Both the position numbers and the translations under genes were made by a program. A stretch of 64,000 nucleotides of DNA from Chthoniobacterales bacterium (GTDB lineage Bacteria; Verrucomicrobiota; Verrucomicrobiia; Chthoniobacterales; UBA10450). Below the pieces are notes generated by a model that ran no database searches, was not told the origin of the DNA, and worked only from the letters and a program-made list of their open reading frames with translations. Every line of letters begins with the position of its first letter. Position 1 is the first letter of the stretch. The stretch spans positions 2,468 to 66,467 of the forward strand of contig JBPCLK010000050.1 of the NCBI GenBank assembly GCA_051003355.1, given 5' to 3'. Shown here piece by piece: positions 47,128 to 57,956 of this stretch.

Positions 47128-47592
47128 ATGAAAAAAGAGCACCTCGAGATCGAGCGGAAATTTCTGATCGAGAAATTGCCTCGGACCCTCGAGCGTTATC
47201 CGCACAAGAAAATCGCGCAAGGTTACCTGGTGGTCGAGCGCGAAAAGGGTCACGTGCGACTGCGCCGGGCGGGTCGCACCTGTACGCTCACCTTCAAAAG
47301 GGGCCCCGCGAGCGCGCGGGAAGAACGCGAAATCCGTCTCACGGCGGCGCAATTTGCCGTGCTCTGGCCCGCCACGGCCGGCTCTCGCCTAACGAAAACT
47401 CGCTACTACGTTCCGTGGAAGAAACTCACCGTCGAGATCGACATCTACAGCGGTTCCAATGACGGCCTGATTGTGGCGGAAGTGGAGTTTCCCGACGTCG
47501 AGACCTGCCATTCATTTCGACCGCCAGACTGGCTGGGCGACGAAGTAACCGGGGCCAATCGTTACAGCAATGTAAAATTAGCGTGCGATTAG
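47128..47592 (+). CDS. CYTH-domain protein (triphosphate tunnel metalloenzyme)
   Basis: The N-terminal EIERKFL signature is present. Start chosen at ATG 47128, because track ORF start 47080 overlaps the tRNA. Confidence 0.8.
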   Translation: MKKEHLEIERKFLIEKLPRTLERYPHKKIAQGYLVVEREKGHVRLRRAGRTCTLTFKRGPASAREEREIRLTAAQFAVLWPATAGSRLTKTRYYVPWKKLTVEIDIYSGSNDGLIVAEVEFPDVETCHSFRPPDWLGDEVTGANRYSNVKLACD

Positions 47593-47612
47593 CTTTTGCA
47601 GCGATTCGCAAA

Positions 47613-47630
47613 TTGTCACACGCCTTTCTT
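47613..47630 (+). promoter_or_regulatory. Weak candidate Pho box upstream of phoB
   Basis: TTGTCAC-ACGC-CTTTCTT is two heptamers 11 bp apart, ending about 27 bp before the phoB start. Confidence 0.3.
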
Positions 47631-47656
47631 TAGGCATAAGCTGCTATTTCCCGCGC

Positions 47657-48349
47657 ATGACCCATTCGCCCAACAAAAAGATTTTGATCGTCGAGGATGA
47701 ACCGGACGTGGTCGATCTGATTGCCCTGCAATTGCGCAAAGCGGGCGGTTTTACGGTCCTGATCGCGGGCGATGGGGCGGAAGGATTGAAGAAAGCGCGT
47801 TCCGATGCGCCTGCTCTGATCGTGCTGGATCTCATGCTGCCACGGATGCCCGGACTCGAAGTTTGCAAGGTACTCAAGACCGATTCGCTCACTTCCCACA
47901 TCCCGATCATCATGCTTACGGCCAAGGCCGAAGAGGTCGACCGGATCGTCGGATTGGAAATCGGCGCCGACGACTACGTGACCAAGCCTTTCAGCCCGCG
48001 CGAAATGCTCCTGCGGATTCGAGCTATTCTGCGTCGCGGGCCCGGCGGACCGTCCGAAGAAAAATTAACGCGCGGCCTGATCACTATCGACTCGGCGCGG
48101 CATCTCGTCTTGGTGGGTGGCAAGCCGATCGTTCTCACCGCGGTCGAATTCAAGCTCCTCAGCATGCTGATGCAACGCCCCGGCCGGGTGCAGGCGCGCG
48201 ATCGGCTGCTGAACGAAGTCTGGGGCTACGAAAGCGCAATCGATACCCGCACGGTGGACACGCACGTCCGCAGACTGCGCGAGAAACTTGGCAAAGCCGC
48301 CACCGCGATCGAAACCGTGCGCGGGTTTGGTTATCGCCTGCGCGAATAG
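47657..48349 (+). CDS. phoB: Phosphate-regulon response regulator (OmpR family)
   Basis: REC plus winged helix. Lies directly upstream of a PhoR-like kinase and pstCAB-phoU. Confidence 0.85.
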   Translation: MTHSPNKKILIVEDEPDVVDLIALQLRKAGGFTVLIAGDGAEGLKKARSDAPALIVLDLMLPRMPGLEVCKVLKTDSLTSHIPIIMLTAKAEEVDRIVGLEIGADDYVTKPFSPREMLLRIRAILRRGPGGPSEEKLTRGLITIDSARHLVLVGGKPIVLTAVEFKLLSMLMQRPGRVQARDRLLNEVWGYESAIDTRTVDTHVRRLREKLGKAATAIETVRGFGYRLRE

Positions 48350-48357
48350 TGCGACTG

Positions 48358-49629
48358 ATGGCCTGGATCGCTTTCGGGCTCGCGATCGCCGCCCTGGCCT
48401 ACAGCTGGTGGTGGTTTTGGCGCAACTGGATTGCCCCTTGCCGTGAACTGGAATTTCTCGTCAACGAGCTTAACGAAGCCCGCGTCCCACGCACTTTTCT
48501 GATCGGCGGCGGCGTCCGCGGAATCGCGCTCGCGCTCGAACAACTCGCTACGCGCGAAGGAGCGCTGCGGGCCCGCGTGCAGGAAGGAGAATTCGGGGTC
48601 CAGGCGATCGTCGGCGCGTTGGCCGATGGACTGGTGGTGGCCGACAGCGAACGACGTATTCGGCTGATGAATAATGCTTTCCGGGAAATGTTCGAGCTGG
48701 GGGCGCGGGAAGTCGATGGGACTCTACTTGAGAGCGTGCGCGATGCTGCGGTGGAACGCTTGCTGGGCCGGGCGCTCCAGAGTGGCGAGATGCAGCGCAC
48801 GATGATTAATCTGCAGCGCCCGGCCGACACCGAACGCCATCTCGAAGTCGTGGCCGAGCCGATCAAGGATGCGCCGGGCAAGGTGAGTGGAGCGGTCGTT
48901 TTATTTCGGGACATCACGGAGCTGCGGCGGACGGAAATCATGCGGCGCGACTTTGTGGCAAACGTCTCGCACGAGCTACGCACGCCGCTTTCCATCCTGC
49001 GCGGCTATCTCGAGACGTTGCTCGAGAATCCAAAACAACCGCCGGCCGAGCTCCTCCGCATTTTCGAGGTTATGGAACGACATTCCAATCGCCTCAATCT
49101 CCTAGTCGATGATGTCCTGAGTCTGGCCCGCCTGGAAGGTCCGGGAGTCGCCCTCGATATCACGACCATTAAGCCCGCTGTTTTCCTGCGCGGCATCATG
49201 CGCGACTGGGACAGGAAATTTTCGGCCAAGGAACTGCAAACCAGCCTCGATGTGCCTGATGACCTTCCATTATTCTGGGCTGATGAAGCGCGCTTGCAGG
49301 AGGTGATCTACAACCTGCTCGACAATGCGGTGAAATATTCGCGGATAGGCGGCGAGGTCAGGGTGAGCGCGACGAAGAATGCGGACCGACTTACCTTCAG
49401 CGTGTCAGATAATGGACCCGGCATTCCAGCACGGGACGTATCGCGAGTCTTTGAGCGTTTTTATCGCGCGGATAAAGCGCGTCATCGCGAGCTTGGCGGC
49501 ACCGGTCTCGGCCTTTCCATCGTCAAGCATATCGCGCAATTGCACGGAGGCACGGTCGAGGCAGAAAGCGAGCCCGACCGGAGGACCATTGTGTGGGTTC
49601 ATCTGCCCATAGCAGCCACGCAAACGTAA
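48358..49629 (+). CDS. phoR: Phosphate-regulon sensor histidine kinase
   Basis: N-terminal TM segment MAWIAFGLAIAALAYSWWWF, a PAS-like region, the H-box FVANVSHELRTPL and HATPase motifs. The part of the track ORF upstream of 48358 is read-through across phoB. Confidence 0.8.
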   Translation: MAWIAFGLAIAALAYSWWWFWRNWIAPCRELEFLVNELNEARVPRTFLIGGGVRGIALALEQLATREGALRARVQEGEFGVQAIVGALADGLVVADSERRIRLMNNAFREMFELGAREVDGTLLESVRDAAVERLLGRALQSGEMQRTMINLQRPADTERHLEVVAEPIKDAPGKVSGAVVLFRDITELRRTEIMRRDFVANVSHELRTPLSILRGYLETLLENPKQPPAELLRIFEVMERHSNRLNLLVDDVLSLARLEGPGVALDITTIKPAVFLRGIMRDWDRKFSAKELQTSLDVPDDLPLFWADEARLQEVIYNLLDNAVKYSRIGGEVRVSATKNADRLTFSVSDNGPGIPARDVSRVFERFYRADKARHRELGGTGLGLSIVKHIAQLHGGTVEAESEPDRRTIVWVHLPIAATQT

Positions 49630-49675
49630 CATAAAATGTTTTGATCCTCGCGGCCCAGATCAGGATTATCCAAAT

Positions 49676-51271
49676 GTGGAAATCGCTGCGACGCCCATTT
49701 CGAATCTCAAGAAATCCGAGGAACAACGCCACCGCAGCCGACGCCTGACCGAGCAGGTCATTCGGTATTTCTTTGGCGGGAACGCTATCGTCGCAGTCGT
49801 TGTCCTCGCCCTCATCACCATTTTTCTCTTCCGGGAAGGCATCGGATTTGTCGGCGAAAATTTGCGCAACCTCCGCCTCTACCGCAGCGCGGGCTTGGAA
49901 TATGTCGATATCATTCGTTCCCAAGCCGGGCAGCACTCGACGCTCACCCGGTCTCTCAATCAAATTCGGTTGAAGGAATTCAGCGGGCAGTTGGCGCGGG
50001 GACGTTCTAACAACCAAGCCCAGGCGGCGCTCGCGCCCTTCGACCGCTTCGCGTCTGCCTTCAGCGATGCGGGCGAGGAGCTCAACGGCCTCGTGTCGGA
50101 TTTGAATGACGATGCGATGGGTTTAAAAGAAGCGCTTGCCCGGCGCGAAGAAGCGATCGCCGAGCGGGACCGGCTCACCCGCGCCGGTGACGCGGCCGCG
50201 GCGGCGAAGATCGTCATTCCGGTCGTTGATCCGAGCGCGACAGTGACGCGACTGCGAGCGAGCGCACCGACTTTCCGGCAGACGAGTTCGACCCTGGCGA
50301 TAAACCTTTCCGGTTTACTCAATTCTCCTCCTGCTCCGACCAACTCGGCGGCGAAGAGACTTTTCAACCAATGGAAAGAGCAGGTGCGCGACTTCGTTGC
50401 TACTTTGCCCAACGCCTCCCAGGAACTGGCGAATTGGGATCCCGCTCGCCCGGTTCCGTGGTATCGCGGCATCGCCGCCTTCCTCTTCGGGCACGACTGG
50501 ATAACCGCCAGCTTCTGGCAGGATTGGTACGGCATCCGGCCCTTGCTGGTCGGGTCGATCATGGTCTCGGCCGTCGCTCTTTTTTTCGCGGTGCCGTTCG
50601 GCGTCGCCGCCGCAATCTATGTAAGCGAAATCGCTTCGCGCAGCGAGAAGCGCCTGATCAAGCCCTACATCGAATTTATCTCGGCCATTCCTTCAGTCGT
50701 GCTTGGATTTTTCGGCATCGCGGTGGTGGGCGAGGCGATTCGTGCGGCTTCGCACTGGCATTGGCTGAGCTGGGTCTCTTTTTTCCCGATCAGTGAACGA
50801 CTCAACGTTTTTACTGCTGGGCTCTTGCTCGCGCTCATGGCGATCCCTACCATTTTTACGCTCTCTGAAGACGCGCTGCGGAACGTGCCGCGCGGCTTCA
50901 AAGAAGCCTCCTACGCACTAGGTGCAAATCGACTCCAGACTATCGGGCGCGTCCTCGTGCCGGCTTCACTTTCTGGAATCATCTCCGCCATTCTGCTCGG
51001 TTTCGGGCGAGTGATCGGCGAGACGATGGTCGTCCTGCTTTGCGCGGGTAACCGGATCGAGATTCCAGATTTCAGCCAGGGTCTTGGCGCGTTCTTCCAA
51101 CCCGTCCACACCATGACCGGCATCATCGCGCAGGAAATGGGCGAGGTGGTGCGCGGGAGCATTCATTACCGCGCACTTTTCATGGTGGGCCTCGTGCTTT
51201 TCACCATCACGCTCGTGATCAACTATGCCGCGCAAAAAATCGTGCAGCGCTACCGGATGAGCATCGGCTAA
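49676..51271 (+). CDS. pstC: Phosphate ABC transporter permease PstC (long form)
   Basis: Multi-TM with an EAA-like loop ([21 protein letters not shown]). GTG start. Operon context supports the call. Confidence 0.85.
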   Translation: MEIAATPISNLKKSEEQRHRSRRLTEQVIRYFFGGNAIVAVVVLALITIFLFREGIGFVGENLRNLRLYRSAGLEYVDIIRSQAGQHSTLTRSLNQIRLKEFSGQLARGRSNNQAQAALAPFDRFASAFSDAGEELNGLVSDLNDDAMGLKEALARREEAIAERDRLTRAGDAAAAAKIVIPVVDPSATVTRLRASAPTFRQTSSTLAINLSGLLNSPPAPTNSAAKRLFNQWKEQVRDFVATLPNASQELANWDPARPVPWYRGIAAFLFGHDWITASFWQDWYGIRPLLVGSIMVSAVALFFAVPFGVAAAIYVSEIASRSEKRLIKPYIEFISAIPSVVLGFFGIAVVGEAIRAASHWHWLSWVSFFPISERLNVFTAGLLLALMAIPTIFTLSEDALRNVPRGFKEASYALGANRLQTIGRVLVPASLSGIISAILLGFGRVIGETMVVLLCAGNRIEIPDFSQGLGAFFQPVHTMTGIIAQEMGEVVRGSIHYRALFMVGLVLFTITLVINYAAQKIVQRYRMSIG

Positions 51272-52377
51272 TGAACAATTCCGATTCGACGAGCATGGAC
51301 GAAGCCACCCTGGCTGCTTCCGGCTTTAGTCTGGCTGCGAAGCTAGACAACCGCGGCGGGCCGTCCGCTCGTCGTATGCACTCGCGTTGGACGGAAAAGA
51401 TCGCCTTCTGGCTTTTCCGCATCGCGACCTACTGCATCATCGCGGCGACGAGTTACATCTTTCTCGATATCGGCATCAAAGGAGCGCGGACCGTCTTCAC
51501 TACGACTCCGCCATTTGTGAACGTGCCTTTCCTGACGGAGAAGCCGGAGACGCTTTACTTCTTCGATTTCGAGGGGAAGAAAATGACGCTGGGCGATCAC
51601 AATTTTCGCGCTTGGAAAGCGAAGCATCCCGGCGCTGACGTGCAGCCCTCGACCGTGGCGTATTCGGCAGGCGGCATCTGGCCCTGCATCGTGGGCACGG
51701 CGTTGCTCGTCATTGGCTCGATGGTGGTCGCGCTGGTCATCGGGATCAGCAGCGCGATTTACCTGAGCGAATACAGCCGCAACAGTCGTCTCATCGGGAT
51801 CATCCGCATCGCCATCCTCAATCTGGCGGGAGTGCCATCGATTGTGTTCGGGCTTTTCGGGTTTGGGCTCTTCGTGATTTTTTTCCATTGGAATGTGTCG
51901 CTCCTGGCCGGCTGGTTTACCCTCGGGCTGATGGTTTTGCCGGCGATCATCACGGCGAGCGAAGAGGCCTTGCGTGCGGTCCCGCAGGGTTTGCGGGAAG
52001 GCTCGCTCGCCCTCGGAGCCACGAAGTGGCAAACCATTCGTAAAAACGTGCTGCCTTACGCGCTGCCGGGCATCCTGACCGCTTCCATCCTCGGCATCGC
52101 GCGGGTCGCCGGTGAGACAGCGCCGATCATGTTCACAGCTGCGTATGCACTGCGCGATGAAATGCCGTGGCAGGTGCAACACTGGACCGATTTCTTTTTC
52201 CAAGGCGTGATGGCGTTGCCTTATCACATCTACGTCGTCAGCTCGAAAATTCCGCAGAACGAATACACCGAGCGTGTGCAGTATGGCGCGGCCTTTGTTT
52301 TTCTCGTCCTCGTCATGCTCATTGCTTTAACCTCAGTCATCCTGCGCGAGCGCAGCCGGAACCGCCTCTCATGGTAG
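51271..52377 (+). CDS. pstA: Phosphate ABC transporter permease PstA
   Basis: Multi-TM with the loop [25 protein letters not shown]. 1-nt overlap with pstC. Confidence 0.85.
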   Translation: MNNSDSTSMDEATLAASGFSLAAKLDNRGGPSARRMHSRWTEKIAFWLFRIATYCIIAATSYIFLDIGIKGARTVFTTTPPFVNVPFLTEKPETLYFFDFEGKKMTLGDHNFRAWKAKHPGADVQPSTVAYSAGGIWPCIVGTALLVIGSMVVALVIGISSAIYLSEYSRNSRLIGIIRIAILNLAGVPSIVFGLFGFGLFVIFFHWNVSLLAGWFTLGLMVLPAIITASEEALRAVPQGLREGSLALGATKWQTIRKNVLPYALPGILTASILGIARVAGETAPIMFTAAYALRDEMPWQVQHWTDFFFQGVMALPYHIYVVSSKIPQNEYTERVQYGAAFVFLVLVMLIALTSVILRERSRNRLSW

Positions 52378-53213
52378 ACACGATTGATATGCCCGAAGCC
52401 ACCTCTACTTCCGCCGCCAGTCGCAGCGAACCGGCCGCACCTTCGCCTACCGAAGAGAAACCGATGATCGACGTGCGCGACGTCACTTTTGCCTACGGCA
52501 ATCATGAGGTGCTGCACGACGTCAGCCTGCAAATCCCAGCCCGCGCGGTTACGGCCTTTATTGGTCCGTCCGGCTGCGGCAAGACAACACTGCTGCGTTG
52601 TTTTAACCGGATGAACGACCTGGTCGATGGTTCGCGTATCATGAGGGGCTCAATCGTGATCGCAGGCCGCGACATCAATGCGCCATTTGTCGATGTAGTC
52701 GATCTGCGCCGGCGCATCGGGATGGTCTTCCAGAAATCGAATCCGTTTCCAAAATCGATTTACGAAAATATCGCCTATGGACTGCGCATCGCGGGCGTGA
52801 AGCAGAAATCCGAGATCAACGAAGCGGTCGAGAAGAGTCTGCGCGCCTCCGCGCTCTGGGACGAAGTGAAAGATCGGCTCGATAAAAACGCCCTCGGTCT
52901 TTCCGGCGGCCAGCAGCAGCGCCTCTGCATTGCGCGCGCTCTCGCCGTGGAACCGGAAATCATCCTCATGGATGAGCCCTGCTCGGCGCTCGACCCGATC
53001 GCCACGGCGAAAGTCGAAGAGCTAATCCGCCTGCTGAAAACCAAATACACGATCGTGATCGTGAACCACAACATGCAGCAGGCCGGCCGGTGCTCCGATT
53101 TCACCGCCTTCTTTTACCTCGGAAAACTGATTGAGTTTGGCGCCACCCCGAAAATATTTTCACAGCCAACCCAACGGCAGACGGAAGATTACATCACAGG
53201 CCGGTTCGGTTGA
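52371..53213 (+). CDS. pstB: Phosphate ABC transporter ATP-binding protein PstB
   Basis: Walker [10 protein letters not shown], signature LSGGQQQR and Walker B ILMDEP. The start is ATG 52371, overlapping the pstA end, or ATG 52389. Confidence 0.9.
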   Translation: MVDTIDMPEATSTSAASRSEPAAPSPTEEKPMIDVRDVTFAYGNHEVLHDVSLQIPARAVTAFIGPSGCGKTTLLRCFNRMNDLVDGSRIMRGSIVIAGRDINAPFVDVVDLRRRIGMVFQKSNPFPKSIYENIAYGLRIAGVKQKSEINEAVEKSLRASALWDEVKDRLDKNALGLSGGQQQRLCIARALAVEPEIILMDEPCSALDPIATAKVEELIRLLKTKYTIVIVNHNMQQAGRCSDFTAFFYLGKLIEFGATPKIFSQPTQRQTEDYITGRFG

Positions 53214-53225
53214 GAATGATTAATA

Positions 53226-53912
53226 ATGATCTCAAAACATATTCTCGGCACCTTCGATGAAGCGCTCAGCACGTTGCGCAATAACGTTCTGATGATGGCC
53301 AGCCTGACCGAGCGCAGCCTCGACAGCGCGCTCAATGGTCTCATGCAACGCGACGACGATCTCTGCGCGACTTCCATCGCGGATGATGAGGAGATCGATC
53401 AATTAGAGAAGCAGGTCGACAAGGACGGCATCGATTTGCTGCTCCGCTTTCAGCCGGTCGCGTCCGATCTGCGTCGCGTTGTTTCGGCGATGAAACTTTG
53501 TTCTAACCTCGAGCGTATGGCCGACCAGGCCGTCAACATCGCGCGGAAAGCGCGCAAGCTCAACCGCCACCCGGCTTTACCCGAACTCGATTTGATCGGC
53601 CCCATGCGCGAGCATGCGATGAAAATGTTCAGGGACAGCGTGGATGCCTTCGTGCACGAAAATGTCGAGCTGGCACGAGGACTGAAGGCACGCGATAAGG
53701 CGCTTGATGAGATGAATTCCAACGCTAGCCGGCGTTTCATCGAACGGATGGCGCAGGATCCCGAGCAGTTGCGTGGTTATCTCAATCTCATGTTCATCGC
53801 GCGACATCTCGAGCGGGTGGGGGATCATGCGACCAATATCGCGGAGGACGCCGTCTATGCGGCGGCGGCCGAGGACATCCGACACCAGCATTTTGCCGTG
53901 ACCGATCGTTAG
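53226..53912 (+). CDS. phoU: Phosphate signalling complex protein PhoU
   Basis: Two PhoU repeats carrying the E/D(x)3D-type motifs LERMADQAVNIA and LERVGDHATNIAE. Confidence 0.9.
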   Translation: MISKHILGTFDEALSTLRNNVLMMASLTERSLDSALNGLMQRDDDLCATSIADDEEIDQLEKQVDKDGIDLLLRFQPVASDLRRVVSAMKLCSNLERMADQAVNIARKARKLNRHPALPELDLIGPMREHAMKMFRDSVDAFVHENVELARGLKARDKALDEMNSNASRRFIERMAQDPEQLRGYLNLMFIARHLERVGDHATNIAEDAVYAAAAEDIRHQHFAVTDR

Positions 53913-53999
53913 GTAAAAGCGCATCCGGATTCTTTGGGCTTGGCGAGGGGTGGGAATTGCGGTACGGCAATCGCATCACCTTTTGCCGGATTGCTGCCC

Positions 54000-54638
54000 A
54001 TGTTTTCGATCAAAAAACTGCTTGGCCACGACGAGAAATTTTTCAACCTGCTGGAATCCAGCGCAGAACAGGCCGACCAGAGCGTGCACCATCTCGTCGC
54101 GCTCCTGGCCAAGCTCGAGCGAAAGGAATCTCCCGAAAGCCTCGAGGAATTTGTCTCCAGTCGGCGCAAGGATAAAGAAATCACCCAGGAGCTGACCGAG
54201 CAGCTCTGCACGACCTTCATCACTCCGTTCGAGCGCGAAGACATCCAGTCGCTCGCTACAGCGCTCTATAAGATTCCAAAGACGGTGGCAAAGATTGGCG
54301 AACGCATTCTGATCTGCCCGGACGATCTGCACGGCCACAATTTCGCAATTCATCTCGAATTGCTCGACCAAGCCGCCGAAGCCGTTGTCGCAATGGTGAA
54401 AGAGCTGCGCCACGGCACCGACTCCGCCACCGCGCGTGAGAAAAACGACCGCCTGCAATCGATCGAAGGCAAAGCGGACAAGCTGGAGCTCGACCTCCTG
54501 CGCGATCTCTACCACGGCAGCTACGAGGCCCGGCAGATTATCTTCCTGCGCGACCTCTACGAGCTTTTGGAAAAGGTCATCGATCGCTGTCGCGACGCGG
54601 GCAACATCATTCTCCAGATCGTCCTCAAGTATTCCTGA
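54000..54638 (+). CDS. DUF47-family (PhoU-like) protein paired with PiT
   Basis: The N-terminus MFSIKKLLGHDEKFFNLLE and helical repeats are typical of the PiT-associated DUF47 partner. Confidence 0.8.
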   Translation: MFSIKKLLGHDEKFFNLLESSAEQADQSVHHLVALLAKLERKESPESLEEFVSSRRKDKEITQELTEQLCTTFITPFEREDIQSLATALYKIPKTVAKIGERILICPDDLHGHNFAIHLELLDQAAEAVVAMVKELRHGTDSATAREKNDRLQSIEGKADKLELDLLRDLYHGSYEARQIIFLRDLYELLEKVIDRCRDAGNIILQIVLKYS

Positions 54639-54660
54639 AAGGCGCCTGGCGCCGGCTCGC

Positions 54661-55695
54661 ATGATTCTGTTTATCCTCGTCGTCATCGCGGCGATCGCCT
54701 TTGAGTACATCAACGGTTTTCACGACGCGGCCAACGCTATCGCCACCGTTGTCTCAACCAAGGTGATGACGCCGCGCCAAGCGATCGCGATGGCCGCTTT
54801 CTTTAACCTCACTGGCGCTCTCACCGGCACGGCGGTCGCTTCCACGATCGGGAAAGGGATCGTCGATCTCCATGTCGTCACCATGCCTACGATCCTGTGC
54901 GCATTGATCGGCGCGATCGTCTGGAACCTGATTACCTGGATGCTCGGCCTGCCTTCAAGCTCGAGTCACGCCTTGATTGGCGGCCTCTGTGGTGCGGCCA
55001 TCGCCTCGGCCAAGGGAGATTGGTCCGTTCTGAAATGGCAGACCGGCCTCATGCCAAAAGTCGTCGTGCCGATGCTCACTTCGCCCGTGATCGGCTTCCT
55101 GCTCGGCGGCCTGCTCATGGTCCTCCTGCTCATCACCCTGCGCTCCTACACGCCACATCTGGTTCAATCCATCTTTGGCAAATTGCAGCTCGGGAGCGCC
55201 GCGTGGATGGCCCACAGCCATGGCACGAACGACGCCCAGAAGACCATGGGCATCATCGCGCTGGCACTCTACACCGGCACGACCAACGGCAAATTCGCGA
55301 ATCTGCCACCCTTCCTGAGTTTCCTTCATACCCCGGAATTCAAAGTCAGCACCTGGGTGGTCGTCCTCTGCGCGACCACCATGGCGGCCGGGACCGCTGC
55401 CGGGGGCTGGCGCATTATTCGCACGTTAGGCCACAAGATGGTGAAACTTCAGCCGGTCCACGGTTTTGCGGCCGAGACCAGCGCCGCCATTATCATCCAG
55501 GTCGCCAGCTCCTGGGGCATTCCGCTTTCCACCACCCACGTCATCTCCACCTCGATCATGGGCGTGGGCGCGGTCAAACGCTTCAGCGGCGTCAAGTGGA
55601 CCGTTGTGAAGCGGATCGTCTGGGCGTGGGTCTTCACCCTGCCCGCGACCGGTCTCATCGGCTACATCCTGGCTCGCGCCGCGCTCGCCTTTTAA
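54661..55695 (+). CDS. PiT-family inorganic phosphate transporter
   Basis: Contains YINGFHDAANAIATVV and GTNDAQKTMGII signature repeats. Confidence 0.9.
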   Translation: MILFILVVIAAIAFEYINGFHDAANAIATVVSTKVMTPRQAIAMAAFFNLTGALTGTAVASTIGKGIVDLHVVTMPTILCALIGAIVWNLITWMLGLPSSSSHALIGGLCGAAIASAKGDWSVLKWQTGLMPKVVVPMLTSPVIGFLLGGLLMVLLLITLRSYTPHLVQSIFGKLQLGSAAWMAHSHGTNDAQKTMGIIALALYTGTTNGKFANLPPFLSFLHTPEFKVSTWVVVLCATTMAAGTAAGGWRIIRTLGHKMVKLQPVHGFAAETSAAIIIQVASSWGIPLSTTHVISTSIMGVGAVKRFSGVKWTVVKRIVWAWVFTLPATGLIGYILARAALAF

Positions 55696-55718
55696 GCACA
55701 GAGCGCCGATCGTGGCGC

Positions 55719-56174
55719 ATGCGCCTTTATTTCTTGCGACATGGTGAGGCCGATTGGCCGGAATGGGAGGGTGACGACGACGATCGTCCTCTCACGAAGT
55801 CCGGTCGCAAAGAGATGCGCCAAGTGGGCGAATTACTCGCCCGACTCAAAACCAAAATCGATGTCGTCCTGACCAGCCCGCTCCCGCGCGCCTGCCAGAC
55901 CGCCGACATCGCAGCCGAGCATCTTAAGGTGCGAGTGCACGAGGAAAGCTTGCTTGCGCCCGGCTTCAGCTTCGCGAATTTGGCCACCATCCGGCGCAAA
56001 TATCCTCAGCAAGTCCTTATGCTAGTAGGCCATGAGCCTGATTTCTCGGCGGTGGCCGCGGCCCTCACGGGTGGCGAGCTGAAGTTTGCCAAGGCTGGCG
56101 TCGCCCTATTCGAACTGGCCGGCCGCAAGGGAAAACTGCTCTGGCTTTTCCCGCCGAAAATAGTGAAAAATTAG
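55719..56174 (+). CDS. sixA: Phosphohistidine phosphatase SixA
   Basis: The RHG motif (MRLYFLRHGEA) and 151-aa size fit the SixA branch of the histidine phosphatase superfamily. Confidence 0.75.
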   Translation: MRLYFLRHGEADWPEWEGDDDDRPLTKSGRKEMRQVGELLARLKTKIDVVLTSPLPRACQTADIAAEHLKVRVHEESLLAPGFSFANLATIRRKYPQQVLMLVGHEPDFSAVAAALTGGELKFAKAGVALFELAGRKGKLLWLFPPKIVKN

Positions 56175-56201
56175 ATTTCCCGTCGCGATCCTTTAATAGA
56201 G

Positions 56202-57686
56202 TTGACGGTCAAGGGCAGCTTCCCTATGACCCGGGCCATGTCGCGATTCCAAACTGTTCGTTGGGCACTCTGCGGTCTCTTCATTTTTTCCCTCAGCGCC
56301 TCGTTCTTGAGCGCAGATTCAACCGAATCTGCAGCCGCAAGATTGGAGAAACTGGAGAGAGCGGTGCGTCAGCTCGAGGAGCGCAATCAAGAACTGGAAG
56401 GCGAAGTGCGGCAGCTCAAGCAGCGCGATCCTTTCGCCCAAACCCTTCCCTCAAAACAAAAAAACGTTACGCCCGGCAATGATAACAAAGCGGTATTTTC
56501 CGCGCCGACTCCGCCGCCGATCAACGTCCACCCCGGAGGCTCCGAGTACAAGTTGACTCTTGGAGGGTACATCCAGGCTAACTTTGAGGGCGGCGATGTC
56601 TCCGCTTTCGAAGGACGTTTCGGCGCCACCGCGTTGAAGGACCGCTTCCGCCTTCGCCGCGCTCGGATCAGCCTGACGGGAGACTTTGCGGAGCAATTTG
56701 ATTTTAAGGTCGAGGGCGACTTCGAGCAGAGCGACGGCGCGATCACTGCGTTGAAGTCAATCAACCCCACGACGGGAGCCACTACGACCGTGAGTAACTC
56801 CAGCCGAGTCGAGTTCTCGGGAACAGACATCTTCATTAACTGGCACGGAATCCCAGAAGCCAATATCAAGGTCGGTCAATACAAAGCGCCCTTCAGTCTT
56901 GAGACACTGACACCGGACAGTCTCATCTATACGATCGAGCGTAGTCTGCCGACCGGGGCGATCTCACCCGAGCGGCAGGTCGGCGTCATGATCTGGGGCA
57001 AGCCGCTCACCAACGTCGCTCCGGAAGCGAAGGAGTTTGTGACTTATTACGGCGGCGTCTTTAACGGCAACGGCCGAAACGTCAATAACAATAACAATAA
57101 CGAGTTTATGTATGTCGGTCGCCTTGAGTTGCTCCCCTTTAAGGGCCATCTCATGGGCGTCGAATCACAGTTGAGACTTGGGGCCGACTATTTCCACGCG
57201 CGCGATGAGGCTGGGACCAACATTTCACCGGCCTTGAACCTGAAGGTCAATTCCGACGGGTCCCTCAGTTCTTTCACTCTCACCAGTGCCGACGAGCGCG
57301 ATGCCTTTAGCTTCGACGCCGCGCTGAAGGTCGGACCTTTTGAGCTCATCGGCGAATACTTTGAGGAGCACGTTAACGGCCGCGCCGTGGGCGACATCGC
57401 AGCCATACCTGACTTCATTGCTACCGGCTGGTATCTCCAAGGAAGCTACTTCGTCATCCCCAAGAAACTGCAGGCAGTCATCAAGTTTGAGCACCTTAGC
57501 CCCGGGCAGATTGCCAATGACGGCATTCAGTCCATCATTGGCGGCCTTAACTACTACATCCACGGCGATAACGTCAAAGTCATGGCCGACTATATCCACA
57601 CCTGGTCCGATTTTCGGGAAGCCCACCCCGAATTTGGTGATGATCAATTCGACGAGATTATTCTCCGCCTCCAGGTCGTCTTCTAG
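56202..57686 (+). CDS. Phosphate-selective porin O/P family outer-membrane protein
   Basis: Signal peptide, N-terminal coiled coil, a beta-barrel pattern and a terminal ...LRLQVVF. The Pho context supports the call. Confidence 0.7.
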   Translation: MTVKGSFPMTRAMSRFQTVRWALCGLFIFSLSASFLSADSTESAAARLEKLERAVRQLEERNQELEGEVRQLKQRDPFAQTLPSKQKNVTPGNDNKAVFSAPTPPPINVHPGGSEYKLTLGGYIQANFEGGDVSAFEGRFGATALKDRFRLRRARISLTGDFAEQFDFKVEGDFEQSDGAITALKSINPTTGATTTVSNSSRVEFSGTDIFINWHGIPEANIKVGQYKAPFSLETLTPDSLIYTIERSLPTGAISPERQVGVMIWGKPLTNVAPEAKEFVTYYGGVFNGNGRNVNNNNNNEFMYVGRLELLPFKGHLMGVESQLRLGADYFHARDEAGTNISPALNLKVNSDGSLSSFTLTSADERDAFSFDAALKVGPFELIGEYFEEHVNGRAVGDIAAIPDFIATGWYLQGSYFVIPKKLQAVIKFEHLSPGQIANDGIQSIIGGLNYYIHGDNVKVMADYIHTWSDFREAHPEFGDDQFDEIILRLQVVF

Positions 57687-57895
57687 GTTGGATGACCGGG
57701 CATGATTCCTGCCCTGCTTTTCCCCGTCGCGGCACTTGCGTGGTCCAGACCGTCATCTGGACGACGCACACCTTAGCCGGTGCGATGAGATTATGCCTCG
57801 CGGATCTGACACGAGCTACCCGCCGCCACGTGTCTGTATATCCAGACGGTCGAGGGCGAATCCCTTCCGCTACCTAGTCTCCGTCGGAAAAGCGA

Positions 57896-57925
57896 ACGCC
57901 CCAGTTCTCGCCAGACCTGGGGCGT
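57896..57925. terminator. Hairpin between convergent genes (candidate bidirectional terminator)
   Basis: ACGCCCCAG (57896-57904) pairs with CTGGGGCGT (57917-57925). The minus-strand reading is followed by a T-rich stretch. Confidence 0.5.
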
Positions 57926-57956
57926 CGCTGCACCATCACCAATGTGACCGCTGAAA

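Noticed and set aside
47863-48357. Long N-terminal extensions of track ORFs (phoR from 47863, pstB from 52167, PiT from 54436, sixA from 54897, the 449-aa gene from 5680, the CYTH gene from 47080)
   Set aside because: The extensions are alternative-frame read-through across the preceding gene or tRNA. Internal starts give proteins that begin where homology or TM segments begin.
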